From positions 160,001-224,000 of the IMG/VR virus record IMGVR_UViG_3300012642_000011: a stretch of 64,000 nt of DNA. One strand, written 5' to 3'. The stretch is from a virus. The position numbers and the translations under genes are program-made. The notes beneath the pieces are model-generated. The model made no database searches. It worked only from the letters and a program-made list of their open reading frames with translations, and had not been told where the DNA came from. Positions 43,914-54,488 of the stretch are shown here, piece after piece. How positions within the stretch are numbered: position 1 is the stretch's first letter; each line of letters begins with the position of its first letter.

Positions 43914-46625
43914 ATGAAGAAATCTATTTTTGACCGTAAGAACAATGAAAACGATAGGGACAGAGGAACCATTGGATCACACCATGATGACCCTATGAGC
44001 GAAACCACAGATGCCCCACGACGCACCACTGGACTGCCTACCAACATCAGCAAGGACTTTGTTGAAATGCTCAATGATGATGCCAGTATGAAAGAGGCAT
44101 CAGAGAAAAGAAAGCAAAGAATTCTTTCATCGCATGATAACGATCCTGTAGCAAAGGCCATTCTTGAACAAGAAGGAAGATTAAAAGAGAAGTATGCTAT
44201 GGGAGGCGCAAGAGCAAAAAGAATACTCACTACAGACATCCTCATTGATGCTCCTAAAGATTATTTCACCAAGTACTATGACTTCGTAGCGAAAGCCGTC
44301 AGTGAGGCCAGAGAAGCCATCACGGCTAGAGGATTCTCCGATCACCTTGCTGATGCACTTGACAACCCCGCTGACGAGAAAATACAAGAAGAAACATACA
44401 GGAAGATTGAAGGAATCATTTCTGAGAAAATAGAAAATTCTCCCTTCACATCTACTATTGATACTCTCATCATTAGAACACTTGCCATTAACGATATCAT
44501 GGGATTCGGAATCATTGACCCATTATGGAGAGATAAAGAAGTATCCGAAATCATCATCAATGGACCTTACGATGTGCAAATTGAAAGACACGGAAAACTT
44601 TCTCGTGTGCCAGGTGCTCAATTCATTGACACTGCGCACCTCTATGACCTTATAGAAAAAATCTATAGGACGACAGGTAAAATGCCTTCTGCAACTTCTC
44701 CTCTCGTCAAAGGAAACCTCCCCGACAAGTCACGTGTCTTTGCTGTGGACACTTCAATTGCACCTGCTGGACCCAACCTCAGCATCAGAAAGCACCCTGA
44801 AAGATACTGGACTCCTGAAGATATGGTGAAACTTGGGTCTGCCAGCGAAGAACTCATGACTTACATAGGAAACCTTATTTACAAGGGCGCATCAGTTCTG
44901 GTTGTAGGCGGAACACACTCAGGAAAAGCACTGACACTTGACACTTTGATCAACACCCCACAAGGTCAAATCTCCATGAATGACATCAAAGAAGGAGATC
45001 AGGTCATTGATCATAATGGCATCATCGGAACTGTGCAAGCAAAGTATCCACAGCCTGCACGTCAAGTGTATGCTGTTGTCTTCTCCAATAAGGAAGTCGC
45101 ATTCTGTGATCTTGAGCACAATTGGTATGTCTATGATACTGATGGTCAATCACATGTAATGACCACAGAAGAAATCATTAACAGCGGAATCAGCAACGGT
45201 GAAGGAGAATACAAATTCAGTATACCATCATTGTCTACCCCTGTAGAATATGAATCAGGAATGACTCCTGATGAATTCGCACATCATCCCTACAAGATAG
45301 GCATTTCAGTTGGAAGAAAATGCGCTCTTCCTGACTACTTAAATGACATTGATTCCCCAAACAATAACAAGTACAGGGCAAACCTCGTCCAGCATGGTAT
45401 TATTGAACGCACTGAAAGCATCGAGAAAATAAAGATCAATGCTGACAGGTATGTTGGCCCACACCACATTGAAGACCAATACAAATTCTCCTCTGTGGAA
45501 TCAAGAAGGCACCTTCTTGCAGGATTAATTGACAGCATTGGATACAGCGGCAACTCCACAGGAACATGGAACCTTAAAGTTACCTCTGAAACACTGGCAT
45601 CTGACATTCAATTCATTGCGTCCTCTCTTGGATACATTGTAGAAATCTGCACTGCAAAGAAAGAAAGTTACGTTCAAGAGGGTACACGAGTTGAAGATGT
45701 AGAACTCTGGGAAGTTAAGATCAATTCCTCAGAAACTCTTGGATACAGCCATATATGGGAAACAATGATCGAAGAGATGGACATTGAGCATCAAGCAACC
45801 AATGTCAACATTGTTTCTATTCAACCCGTTGAGGGAAGAGTTGAGGAAATGGCATGCATCACTGTGGACACACCAGAAAACACCTATACTATAGGCAATG
45901 GGTTTACCACTACTCACAACACTACTCTCCTCAATGCATTCACAGGGTTCTATAAGAACACAGTAAGAATTGTCACCATTGAAGATAACATCGAAATGAA
46001 GCCCAACCCCAAGAAAATGTTGGCTCAAGCCATGGAGACAAAACCTGCATCAAGGAGTTCAAGTTCTACACCTGTAGAGATGACAGACTTGGTAAGGGCA
46101 TCTACACAGATGAGACCTGACGTAATCATTGTTGGTGAGGTTACTGACCAAAGCGCCCTTGACCTCATGGAAGTCATGAATACAGGTCACGCCGGAGCAT
46201 CCACTGTCCACGCTAACACTGCAGGCACATCCGTCAACAGAATGATTTCTCTGGCAAAGAAATCACAATTGGTTGACTACCAGGCAGCACTGGATATGTT
46301 TGCACAGGCATTTGACATCATTGTTGTCACACAATATTCCACTGTTGACCATTCAAGAAGGATTGTGAATGTCTCAGAAGTGGGACATAGACCTACAATC
46401 ATTGATGGTATCCCTACAGTTGAAACCTACCCACTATGGAAGTTCGTCAGCAGTGGAAGAGATGCCAATGGAAAGATTCAAGGAGATTGGGTAAAAGTAC
46501 AAGATATATCTGAAAGAAAGAAAGAAGACAAGAACTTGAACATGGAAGAAGATCTCACATGGGAACAATTGAAAGAAATCAGTAGCATCCCAGAAGAGAT
46601 GCAGCCAAAAATCGAAGATGACTGA
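43914..46625 (+). CDS. TadA/CpaF/KlbA-family secretion ATPase interrupted by an intein (aa 344-674) with a LAGLIDADG homing endonuclease
   Basis: Walker A is split: VVGGTHSGK | ALTLDTLINTPQG...LLAGLIDSIGYSG...IGNGFTTTHN | TTLLNAFTGF. The exteins join to GGTHSGKTTLLNAF. The intein starts with Ala and ends HN before Thr. Confidence 0.75.
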   Translation: MKKSIFDRKNNENDRDRGTIGSHHDDPMSETTDAPRRTTGLPTNISKDFVEMLNDDASMKEASEKRKQRILSSHDNDPVAKAILEQEGRLKEKYAMGGARAKRILTTDILIDAPKDYFTKYYDFVAKAVSEAREAITARGFSDHLADALDNPADEKIQEETYRKIEGIISEKIENSPFTSTIDTLIIRTLAINDIMGFGIIDPLWRDKEVSEIIINGPYDVQIERHGKLSRVPGAQFIDTAHLYDLIEKIYRTTGKMPSATSPLVKGNLPDKSRVFAVDTSIAPAGPNLSIRKHPERYWTPEDMVKLGSASEELMTYIGNLIYKGASVLVVGGTHSGKALTLDTLINTPQGQISMNDIKEGDQVIDHNGIIGTVQAKYPQPARQVYAVVFSNKEVAFCDLEHNWYVYDTDGQSHVMTTEEIINSGISNGEGEYKFSIPSLSTPVEYESGMTPDEFAHHPYKIGISVGRKCALPDYLNDIDSPNNNKYRANLVQHGIIERTESIEKIKINADRYVGPHHIEDQYKFSSVESRRHLLAGLIDSIGYSGNSTGTWNLKVTSETLASDIQFIASSLGYIVEICTAKKESYVQEGTRVEDVELWEVKINSSETLGYSHIWETMIEEMDIEHQATNVNIVSIQPVEGRVEEMACITVDTPENTYTIGNGFTTTHNTTLLNAFTGFYKNTVRIVTIEDNIEMKPNPKKMLAQAMETKPASRSSSSTPVEMTDLVRASTQMRPDVIIVGEVTDQSALDLMEVMNTGHAGASTVHANTAGTSVNRMISLAKKSQLVDYQAALDMFAQAFDIIVVTQYSTVDHSRRIVNVSEVGHRPTIIDGIPTVETYPLWKFVSSGRDANGKIQGDWVKVQDISERKKEDKNLNMEEDLTWEQLKEISSIPEEMQPKIEDD
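44928..45920 (+). other. intein coding segment (331 aa, class with Ala1; LAGLIDADG endonuclease) within the TadA-like ATPase P-loop
   Basis: Block A ALTLDTLI, LAGLIDADG-like LLAGLIDSIGY, block F/G ACITVDTPENTYTIGNGFTTTHN; +1 residue Thr. Confidence 0.65.
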
Positions 46626-46634
46626 TGAGAACCA

Positions 46635-46680
46635 AAGGCAGGTTGTCAGCACTAATCGCTGGCAACCTGCCTTTTCGTTG
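46635..46680 (+). terminator. rho-independent terminator after the ATPase gene
   Basis: AAGGCAGGTTGTCAGC...GCTGGCAACCTGCCTT followed by TTCGTTG. Confidence 0.6.
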
Positions 46681-46748
46681 ATATATAAAATGAGTTGATT
46701 TCATCTTGAAATCCCCCAATACGAAAACGAGAAAAGGTTGACAAAGAC

Positions 46749-47711
46749 ATGACATTAGATCAACTATTACCCTACATCATCGCAATTCTTTCAGGATTAC
46801 TGGTGGTCGTAGTAGCCTATGCTGTTCAGAAGTATCTTAGACAAAATTCCCTTGATGAGAACTTTCAAGCACAATTTGAAGCAATCACAAGAGATCCTGT
46901 TGACGCTGCCGATGAAGAACTTCTTCAAAAGGAAAAAGGACTGTCCATATTGGACAGATGGAACAGAGGATGGGACAGGAGTTTTAAAGCAGCAGGATTC
47001 AAGAGGTATGCTGAAGACCCCAATAGAGCTGGAACAGATATGCTCATTCTTTCCCTCATACTCATGGTTGCAGCATCAATCTTTGCCAAGAACATTCTTG
47101 CTGGTGTCTTTGGTGTCGTCATTGGAATGTCCATTGTCGGAATGATGGCAAGAAGCGCAGCCAATAAGAAAATTGCTAGAATTGATGAACAACTCAATGG
47201 ATTCCTTTTCTCATTCAAAGCCAACATTCAATCAGGAATGTCAAATGAAATCTCCTTTATCAACATTGTAGACAAGACAAAAGATCCACTTAAAAGCGAA
47301 CTCATACCTGCTAAAAATGATATCTTGTCCAGCAAAGGATTCGTGACATCCCTCATGAACCTCAGAGCGCACACCCCATCAAAAGATCTTCAGTTCCTTT
47401 GCTCATGTCTTATTCAGGGAACACAAAGCGGATCTGGATTAGAAAACCAGATCGACAAAATCCAAGATGTCATGAAATCAAGACGAGATATCAATAATAA
47501 GATTGAAGTTGCCATGAAGGAACCCCAACCAGCCATCTGGTTGTCCAGCTTCATCCTCCCTGCCCTCTTCATCTACTCCTATACTACAAGCCCACCCGGA
47601 TTTTGGTTCGTCAACCCTTGGTCATGGTTAGCATTGGCAGGCGTTGCAATTCTTTACTTCATTGGCATCTTTGTCATGAGAAAGATGGTGGATAAGATCA
47701 AAAACTTGTGA
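46749..47711 (+). CDS. second TadB/TadC-like platform protein (T2SS-F domain)
   Basis: N-terminal TM, central soluble domain, C-terminal TM pair. Confidence 0.5.
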   Translation: MTLDQLLPYIIAILSGLLVVVVAYAVQKYLRQNSLDENFQAQFEAITRDPVDAADEELLQKEKGLSILDRWNRGWDRSFKAAGFKRYAEDPNRAGTDMLILSLILMVAASIFAKNILAGVFGVVIGMSIVGMMARSAANKKIARIDEQLNGFLFSFKANIQSGMSNEISFINIVDKTKDPLKSELIPAKNDILSSKGFVTSLMNLRAHTPSKDLQFLCSCLIQGTQSGSGLENQIDKIQDVMKSRRDINNKIEVAMKEPQPAIWLSSFILPALFIYSYTTSPPGFWFVNPWSWLALAGVAILYFIGIFVMRKMVDKIKNL

Positions 47712-47758
47712 ATAAAACAGTTGATCATAAACGCCAAAAATCAAAGAAAGAGTAAACA

Positions 47759-48316
47759 ATGAAAACAAAAGAATTCCTTTTCACCATCCCAGCAAAGAAA
47801 ATCATCAACTCAAACCAATCTATTCACTTGATGGTCAAATCACAAAGAAGCGCATACCTGAGAAAGATCTCTCAGGATGCCGGTGCTTACGAGCACACTC
47901 AAAAAGAAGAAGCACAACAGTACTTAGATCGTAACAGGGGATTGCAAGAAAGAAGCAATAAAAAGGGATCAGTTACAAAGAAGATGAAGAAAGCAAACTG
48001 CACACCAGAAGAAATTGCAGAAGCAATGGAAGACATTGATAGGACGTTCCCTATTGTTGATACTCCCTCTGGACTTGAATATGAATTCAAAGGAAGATTT
48101 GAAGCAACCTGTATCATACATACTCCCACCAAAAGACACATAGACCCACCAAACCTATGGCCTACAGTAAAACCCCTCCTTGACGGGCTGACAGACAGTG
48201 GGTGGTGGGAAGACGATGATTCTACCAGATTGGTCAGAACCTCTTTTGAAAGAGGGGAGAACTCAACTTCTAAAGGGGACTACCAAATCACCATTATCAT
48301 CAAAGAAATTTCTTGA
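47759..48316 (+). CDS. RusA-like Holliday-junction resolvase (tentative)
   Basis: RHIDPPNLWPTVKPLLDGLTDSGWWEDDDSTRLV resembles the RusA core D.DN..K...DAL.....DD. Confidence 0.4.
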   Translation: MKTKEFLFTIPAKKIINSNQSIHLMVKSQRSAYLRKISQDAGAYEHTQKEEAQQYLDRNRGLQERSNKKGSVTKKMKKANCTPEEIAEAMEDIDRTFPIVDTPSGLEYEFKGRFEATCIIHTPTKRHIDPPNLWPTVKPLLDGLTDSGWWEDDDSTRLVRTSFERGENSTSKGDYQITIIIKEIS

Positions 48317-48376
48317 TGATATCAATGAAAAGATACTTAACTAAGACGTAAACAAAGAAGCGGAGAGAATGCCACC

Positions 48377-48847
48377 ATGGAAAAGAACTATATTACGGTC
48401 CAAATGTTCACCGATTTCTTCAACAGGAAGAGATCGATGTATGCAATTGGTGACGTTCGCCTTCCTGCACCCATCCCATTGGCATTCATGGGATGGTTCG
48501 TAGGTGGCTTAATAATTTACTCTATACCTCTGTTCCTTTTCATTGGCATAGAGAACATGTCCCTCATCAACCTTGCTATAATTCTTGGCCCACCCATTCT
48601 TTTTGCATCCATTTCGAGCAAACCTATTTTTGGAGGAAGAAGTTTCCTCGGTTTTCTCAAGTATGCTTTCTCTTACATCACATCACCTAAAGGATGGATT
48701 GACACAGAAGGATATTACAGTAAAGAGGAAGGCAATTATGTAGTCAATTCATACATCTGGATCAGCCGAAGAAGAGAATTCTATCGACTTGCCGAACTTG
48801 AAGATGAGGAAAAAAGAGCTAAAAAGAAAGATCAATCTAATTCATAA
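48377..48847 (+). CDS. membrane protein, hypothetical
   Basis: Two or three TM helices, basic C-terminus. Confidence 0.45.
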   Translation: MEKNYITVQMFTDFFNRKRSMYAIGDVRLPAPIPLAFMGWFVGGLIIYSIPLFLFIGIENMSLINLAIILGPPILFASISSKPIFGGRSFLGFLKYAFSYITSPKGWIDTEGYYSKEEGNYVVNSYIWISRRREFYRLAELEDEEKRAKKKDQSNS

Positions 48848-48914
48848 TACACTGAATCATAAATAAAAATTCTATTAAATAAAATTATTTTTCCCCAGTT
48901 AAGGAGAGATTATC

Positions 48915-50111
48915 ATGACAGTAAAATCTACCAGCCTACTCATAGGACAGACAAGCAGAGGCGTAAGGAACCCCGTCCCCTTTGACTTACACACCCCCAT
49001 AAGGAACAATCAACCACCGGGATGTGTCATCACCGGAAAACCAGGATCGGGAAAGACATACCTCCTACAATTGCTCACAACCATGTCAGCGCTGCTTGGT
49101 AAAACAACTATCGTTATTGACCTTAAAGGCGACTTCCTCAACCTGAAGCCTATTGCTGACGAAATCGGAGTAGATGCAAGATTCATTGACATTGCGAAAA
49201 AGAAAGGCGCTCTAGACCCCTTCTACATCGGAGAAAACCCAGGAGACAAACTCAGCCTTATTCTTCAAGTCATTGATACACTTGTTGGTGGCATCACACG
49301 AGATGAATCCACACTGCTCACACCAGAAATCCGAGACCTCATCCAAGCCAGTGAAAATAAAAGAAACCAGATATCACTAACCAATGTTGTCAGCAACCTC
49401 CTAAGATCCACACATAAGGATCTTGTGAACATTGGATCAGAATTAGAATCCATCAGCACACTACCCTATGCTAATCTTCTCTTTGCACCAGGTGGCGGAG
49501 CAAAAAGCAAAATTAATTACTATAAAGGTCTAACCATCTTCCCACTTATAGGACTCAAACTTCCTAACGAAGAGGACTTTGATGAAAATAATTCAAGGAG
49601 ATCAGGCGCTTCAACAAACATCAACGAAAACCTCTCATCAGCAATCATGCTCATGCTCACAGAAGTTGTTTCAAGACTCATGATGAGAGAAACGCCAGAA
49701 CCAAAGACACTGGTCATCGATGAGGCATGGGTATTGGCATCAAACAAATCAGGACAGGAATGTATTAAGAAAATCGCACTTCTAGGAAGAAGCAAGAATA
49801 TTGCTCTCGTCATGGGATCACAGAAGAACTCCCACTACAGTAATTTCGACATTGATGTGACAATCTCCACGAGATTCTGCTTCAAAACAAGTATCAAAGA
49901 AGCAGAAATGCTTGTTAAAGAAATGCAACTACCTGAAGAAGAAGGTTTTGAAAACAACCTCACAGAACTCCAAACAGGAGAATGTCTCATGATGGACTGG
50001 AAAGGAAACTACTCCACAGTACAAATCAAAACCATTAAATCATCATGGCATTACTACTTCAGAAGCGACCCACAAAAGGACGCCGCAATAAGAAGATCCA
50101 AAGGAAAATAA
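48915..50111 (+). CDS. P-loop NTPase of the HerA/FtsK/VirB4 (DUF87-like) clade
   Basis: Walker A GKPGSGKTYLL near the N-terminus; Walker B LVIDEAWVL about 250 aa downstream; arrangement typical of VirB4/HerA-type ATPases. Confidence 0.5.
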   Translation: MTVKSTSLLIGQTSRGVRNPVPFDLHTPIRNNQPPGCVITGKPGSGKTYLLQLLTTMSALLGKTTIVIDLKGDFLNLKPIADEIGVDARFIDIAKKKGALDPFYIGENPGDKLSLILQVIDTLVGGITRDESTLLTPEIRDLIQASENKRNQISLTNVVSNLLRSTHKDLVNIGSELESISTLPYANLLFAPGGGAKSKINYYKGLTIFPLIGLKLPNEEDFDENNSRRSGASTNINENLSSAIMLMLTEVVSRLMMRETPEPKTLVIDEAWVLASNKSGQECIKKIALLGRSKNIALVMGSQKNSHYSNFDIDVTISTRFCFKTSIKEAEMLVKEMQLPEEEGFENNLTELQTGECLMMDWKGNYSTVQIKTIKSSWHYYFRSDPQKDAAIRRSKGK

Positions 50112-50164
50112 TATGATATTGATTTCATAATGTCTGCTTCACAATACATTCAAAAGGATAAAAA

Positions 50165-51139
50165 ATGAAAAATAAACTCGGCACGAAAAGCGCCAACACA
50201 AACCTCATTATATGGATCGTCGTCCTTCTCATTGCGCTGGCAATCATGTTCCTCGTCGCACTTGTCATGAGGAACGCCACAGAAACAGACCAGTTCTACG
50301 TACTGAACACACCAGTGGCAGCAAAGAGTCAGATCACACCAGAAATGCTTGAACCAATGAACGCAGTCAAAGACCAAGCACCACCTAATGCTCTCGACAT
50401 TGGTGACATTCAAGCAGGTGGAATCTACGCTCAATACCCACTGAACAAGGGTGACATTGTCTCAGGATCAAACGTATCAGGATTCACAGATATCTCAACA
50501 GGAATCCCAGATAACTGGGTTGTCACCAACTTCGCAGTAAGCCCAGACAACGCTGTTGGCGGTAGAATCACCCGAGGCACATACTTCGACATCATGGCAT
50601 ACGATAAAGACAAGGGAGCATACTACCCCTTCGTCAACGTACTTGCACTTGACACCACTGTATCCACCAACAGCCTCTCCAGCGCACAAGCAATTGACAG
50701 CCCAGAGGCACAAGACGGACAGACACAACAATACTACGTTGGCATGTCACCTCAAGATGCAGGAAAACTTCAAGCACTCATGTCATCAGGAGACCAGATC
50801 AAACTTGTCCTCTCCCCACGACAGAATGAGTACCAGAACCCTGACCTCAACGCTTACAAGGGATTCTTCAAGTACGAGAATGACAAGGGTGAAGCCATCT
50901 GGCCAGGTAAGTCTGCAGGAGGAGAAATCACAGACTACACCTTCTCAAAGGTCGAAAGAGATGAATTCGGAAGGCCCCTACAAGGACCAGACGCTGGTAG
51001 CATAGGAAACGCTGGAATCCCAGCAAACGGAAACTCAACCGCGCCAACAGAGGACGCTCCTGAGGAATCCGCAAGCCCATCAGCATCTGAATCCACACCT
51101 ACTGAAAGCGCAAGCCCATCAGCAAGCCCCACAAGTTGA
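50165..51139 (+). CDS. CpaB/RcpC-like Flp pilus assembly protein (SAF domain) with Ser/Pro/Ala-rich C-terminal tail
   Basis: N-terminal TM anchor, SAF-like region (QITPEMLEPMNAVKDQAPPNALDIGDIQ), low-complexity ESASPSASESTPTESASPSASPTS tail. Confidence 0.5.
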   Translation: MKNKLGTKSANTNLIIWIVVLLIALAIMFLVALVMRNATETDQFYVLNTPVAAKSQITPEMLEPMNAVKDQAPPNALDIGDIQAGGIYAQYPLNKGDIVSGSNVSGFTDISTGIPDNWVVTNFAVSPDNAVGGRITRGTYFDIMAYDKDKGAYYPFVNVLALDTTVSTNSLSSAQAIDSPEAQDGQTQQYYVGMSPQDAGKLQALMSSGDQIKLVLSPRQNEYQNPDLNAYKGFFKYENDKGEAIWPGKSAGGEITDYTFSKVERDEFGRPLQGPDAGSIGNAGIPANGNSTAPTEDAPEESASPSASESTPTESASPSASPTS

Positions 51140-51156
51140 TAGGGAATAAGTAAAAT

Positions 51157-51190
51157 AGGCGGGATGCTCATGTCCCGCCTATTTTGTTGC
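51157..51190 (+). terminator. rho-independent terminator
   Basis: AGGCGGGA-tgctcatg-TCCCGCCT followed by ATTTTGTTG. Confidence 0.65.
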
Positions 51191-51398
51191 TTCTAAACTG
51201 AACGAATATGCTAAAATCATCATAATACAACTCTTGATATGAATCATTGGATAGCAAATAAAAACACACATAAATTAAGAACAAGACATTTAAAATAAAT
51301 ACAGTCAAGGATTCAAGCAAGAAATCACTGGACTCAAAAGAAAGAACAGATATTCACTTATAGTAAAACTGTTCGATGTAAAGACGAGAGGGAGAGGC

Positions 51399-52775
51399 AT
51401 GGTTAACAAGCCCAAAGCAGTATATATAGGACCACCTAAGATCGGTGCTGCAATTATGAAAAGAGTGACAGAATGGTCATTCGTTTACGCAGACTCCACC
51501 ATACAAGGGTTCACAGACAAACTGGACAATGATGAGATCGACAACGACATACAATGTATTCTCATCCACGATTCCCTCTACGTGCCCACAGCAGACAACT
51601 CTCCACAGCCATTCAACGTGTTTGCAGCACAGTACTCACCCTACTGCTTCTTCGGCATTCTAGAGTACCATGAGAACTACACACCAAGGATCAAGGAAGG
51701 CGTCTCATCCATCCTCAGCAACATGACAGGAGAAGATGAAACAGACCTTTACTTCATCTCAAAAGAAAACTTCAAACCAAGGCTCATCTCCAAAGTAGAA
51801 AGCTACATCTCCAAGCACGATAATGAAGTTGCCGCAATACTTGCAGGAAGAGAACCACAAAACATTGTTGACGAAGAAATCGAAACACGAAAAAGAGAAA
51901 TCGAAGACAACAATCACAGGATCGAAGAAGCCAAGTCCAAGTACCAATCAGGAGACCGTGACGGAAAAATCATTGCCTGCACCTCATCCAAGGGAGGATC
52001 AGGAAAATCAACCATCACACTTCTACTTGCAACCTACCTTGCTCATTCATCCATCCAATCTGTCAAAGACGGAGCAGAAAAAGAACCTCTCAAAATCTGC
52101 GTACTCGACCTTGACACCAAGGACGGGCAAATAGGATTCATCACAGGTGCTGTCAAGCCAACCATTACACATCTACAACGACATGGCATCACCAAAGAGA
52201 CAGTTGAACAAACTGCCATCTTCAACGACAGGCTCAAGGTTGACCTCTTCCTTGCTCCACAACGACTGCAAACAGCATTAGAGATCGAAGCAGGATTCTA
52301 CCAAGAACTCATAGCATTCCTGAGAACACAGTATGATTACGTCATCCTCGACACCTCAGTGAACTACTACGACCCCCTCCTTGGACAAGTCGCCTACCCC
52401 ATGGCAGACTTCATCATTTTCGTCACAGACATCGTGATCAACTCCATCTTCTCCATGAGCAGATGGATCACCAACGTCACCATGCCCATTGAGCGAAAAG
52501 GACTCGGAATCCCCAAAAGGAAAATCGGTATCATCATCAACAAAGCATCTACTGGTGTAAACATGCCACCAGAAAGAATCAGCAGCTTTGCAAATGGTGT
52601 CAGAATCATCACCGCAATCCCATCACAAGCCAAACTAATGGCAAACGCAGCCAACACTCAATCAATGGACCAAGCACTCAGAGACCCAACCATTAGAAAA
52701 CGAATAAGGAAGATCGCACAAGGCGTAGCAGGAAGAAACTACAAACTTGCCGAAAACTTCGCCATTGGTAGATAA
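51399..52775 (+). CDS. CpaE/TadZ-like ParA/MinD-family ATPase
   Basis: Deviant Walker A IIACTSSKGGSGKSTITLLLA with an N-terminal receiver-like region, as in CpaE/TadZ. Confidence 0.6.
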   Translation: MVNKPKAVYIGPPKIGAAIMKRVTEWSFVYADSTIQGFTDKLDNDEIDNDIQCILIHDSLYVPTADNSPQPFNVFAAQYSPYCFFGILEYHENYTPRIKEGVSSILSNMTGEDETDLYFISKENFKPRLISKVESYISKHDNEVAAILAGREPQNIVDEEIETRKREIEDNNHRIEEAKSKYQSGDRDGKIIACTSSKGGSGKSTITLLLATYLAHSSIQSVKDGAEKEPLKICVLDLDTKDGQIGFITGAVKPTITHLQRHGITKETVEQTAIFNDRLKVDLFLAPQRLQTALEIEAGFYQELIAFLRTQYDYVILDTSVNYYDPLLGQVAYPMADFIIFVTDIVINSIFSMSRWITNVTMPIERKGLGIPKRKIGIIINKASTGVNMPPERISSFANGVRIITAIPSQAKLMANAANTQSMDQALRDPTIRKRIRKIAQGVAGRNYKLAENFAIGR

Positions 52776-52793
52776 CAATTAAATACACGACAC

Positions 52794-52837
52794 GCAGAGG
52801 GGCCACTGATAACACTTGCTATCAGTGGCCCCTCTGC
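52794..52837. terminator. bidirectional terminator between convergent genes
   Basis: 18-bp stem GCAGAGGGGCCACTGATA / TATCAGTGGCCCCTCTGC. Confidence 0.7.
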
Positions 52838-52868
52838 TATGAACTCAACCATCAGGAAAATCTCAAGA

Positions 52869-54416
52869 TCAAGACTCACCACGCATGATCTTATTGAACA
52901 ATTCCAAATTGGGAGCATAAGAAGCCGCAACCTCCAAAGTACAATCATTCTTCCTCACAGCATTAGCTAAAGCATGCTCCATCGTCAACCCATTCCTAAT
53001 CATATATTGTTTAATAGACCACGTATCACCCTTCAAGATCATGGGCCTGATCTCATCAACAACAGGAAGAGCACAAGATACACTAATCAAGTTACCATTC
53101 TTCTTAGAAGGAACCAATACCTGATTCACCACCCCAATCAACTGCTCATTCAAAGAAGTCAACACCGTCTGCCTCTCCTCACCAGAATACTGAGCAATAA
53201 TTCTCGTAATAGCAGTCTCAGGACTATCAACGTGCATAGTAGACATAGAAAAGTGACCAGACTCAGCAGCCCTCAAAAACTCATCGACCTCAGACCTATC
53301 CCTAATCTCACCCACCATAATCATCTGAGGATGCTGACGCAAAGCACCCTTGATACCATCAGCAAAAGTCCTCAAATCAGTACCCAACTCCCTCTGAACA
53401 ATAAGACCTGCAGAATCATCAAAAACATACTCAATAGGATTCTCCAACGACACAATCTTCTTCGGATCTCTTCTCAAAACCTCATTCACAATAGAAGCAA
53501 ACGTCGTTGACTTACCGGAACCAGTAGCACCACACACCAAAACCATACCAGACGCCCTCTTCACCCACTCCAAAAGATAAGGATGAACACCAATCGCTTC
53601 AGGAGTAGGAATCTTAGAATTAATAATACGGAACGTCATATCCGGCGAATCACTAGTATGAGCAATATTCAACCTCGTCCTCACACCCCTATGCCTACCA
53701 GAATTAATCACATAAGCAGTATCAGCACCACGATTCTGAGCAAACTCACGCCTCTTCACATTACTGACAATCTCCGTCAAAAACCTTTCCACAACAGACA
53801 CAGGAATAACCCCGAAATCATTATAAGAACTCACTTTCTTATTAATCGTCAACCACACAGGAGCATCAGGCTTAATATGCACATCAGAGGCACCCTTATC
53901 AATCCCAAAAGCAAGAATCTCATCAATCTTTATATGAGCATAAGGATCATCTTCTTCATCATCGTCATCCTCATCAAAATAACCCTCAGAAGGATCAAGA
54001 GAGGCACGAGAGAGAATAGCATCCAGATCTGAATCAACTACACCACCACCTGATGAAACCCTCTCAGAATCGCTCTCAGGCTGTTCTACAACACCACCAT
54101 CCCTCAGAGCCAAAATGCTCTCAAAGTCATCCTCATCATCATCGTCATCATCCTCAACGATCTCTACAACCTCTTCCTCAACATCAATATTAGTATCCAT
54201 ATAGACATCAGCAGGAGAACGAGAAAGATCAACAGGAGTATCATCATCAGGCAAATCATCATCCTCATCAGAATCAAACGTAGAATTAATGATTTCCGTC
54301 TTATCCAAAAGACTCTGCTCCCTCAAAGCAAAAAAATCATCATCAGAAAACTCATCATTCTCATCTGGAAGATCATCATTCTCATCAGGCAAATCATCAT
54401 CAAAAGAAAAACTCAT
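52869..54416 (-). CDS. PilT/PilB-like (GspE-family) secretion ATPase with an acidic repeat N-terminal extension
   Basis: ASDVHIKPDAPV, Walker A VLVCGATGSGKSTT, Walker B MIMVGEIRD; N-terminal repeats DDLPDENDDLPDEND and poly-D/E. Confidence 0.7.
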   Translation of the reverse strand: MSFSFDDDLPDENDDLPDENDEFSDDDFFALREQSLLDKTEIINSTFDSDEDDDLPDDDTPVDLSRSPADVYMDTNIDVEEEVVEIVEDDDDDDEDDFESILALRDGGVVEQPESDSERVSSGGGVVDSDLDAILSRASLDPSEGYFDEDDDDEEDDPYAHIKIDEILAFGIDKGASDVHIKPDAPVWLTINKKVSSYNDFGVIPVSVVERFLTEIVSNVKRREFAQNRGADTAYVINSGRHRGVRTRLNIAHTSDSPDMTFRIINSKIPTPEAIGVHPYLLEWVKRASGMVLVCGATGSGKSTTFASIVNEVLRRDPKKIVSLENPIEYVFDDSAGLIVQRELGTDLRTFADGIKGALRQHPQMIMVGEIRDRSEVDEFLRAAESGHFSMSTMHVDSPETAITRIIAQYSGEERQTVLTSLNEQLIGVVNQVLVPSKKNGNLISVSCALPVVDEIRPMILKGDTWSIKQYMIRNGLTMEHALANAVRKNDCTLEVAASYAPNLELFNKIMRGES

Positions 54417-54488
54417 CCCAACACCACCTCATATATACAATAAAGACAAAAACTTCTCATCATCTATTATCAACCACAAAAAGACAAA

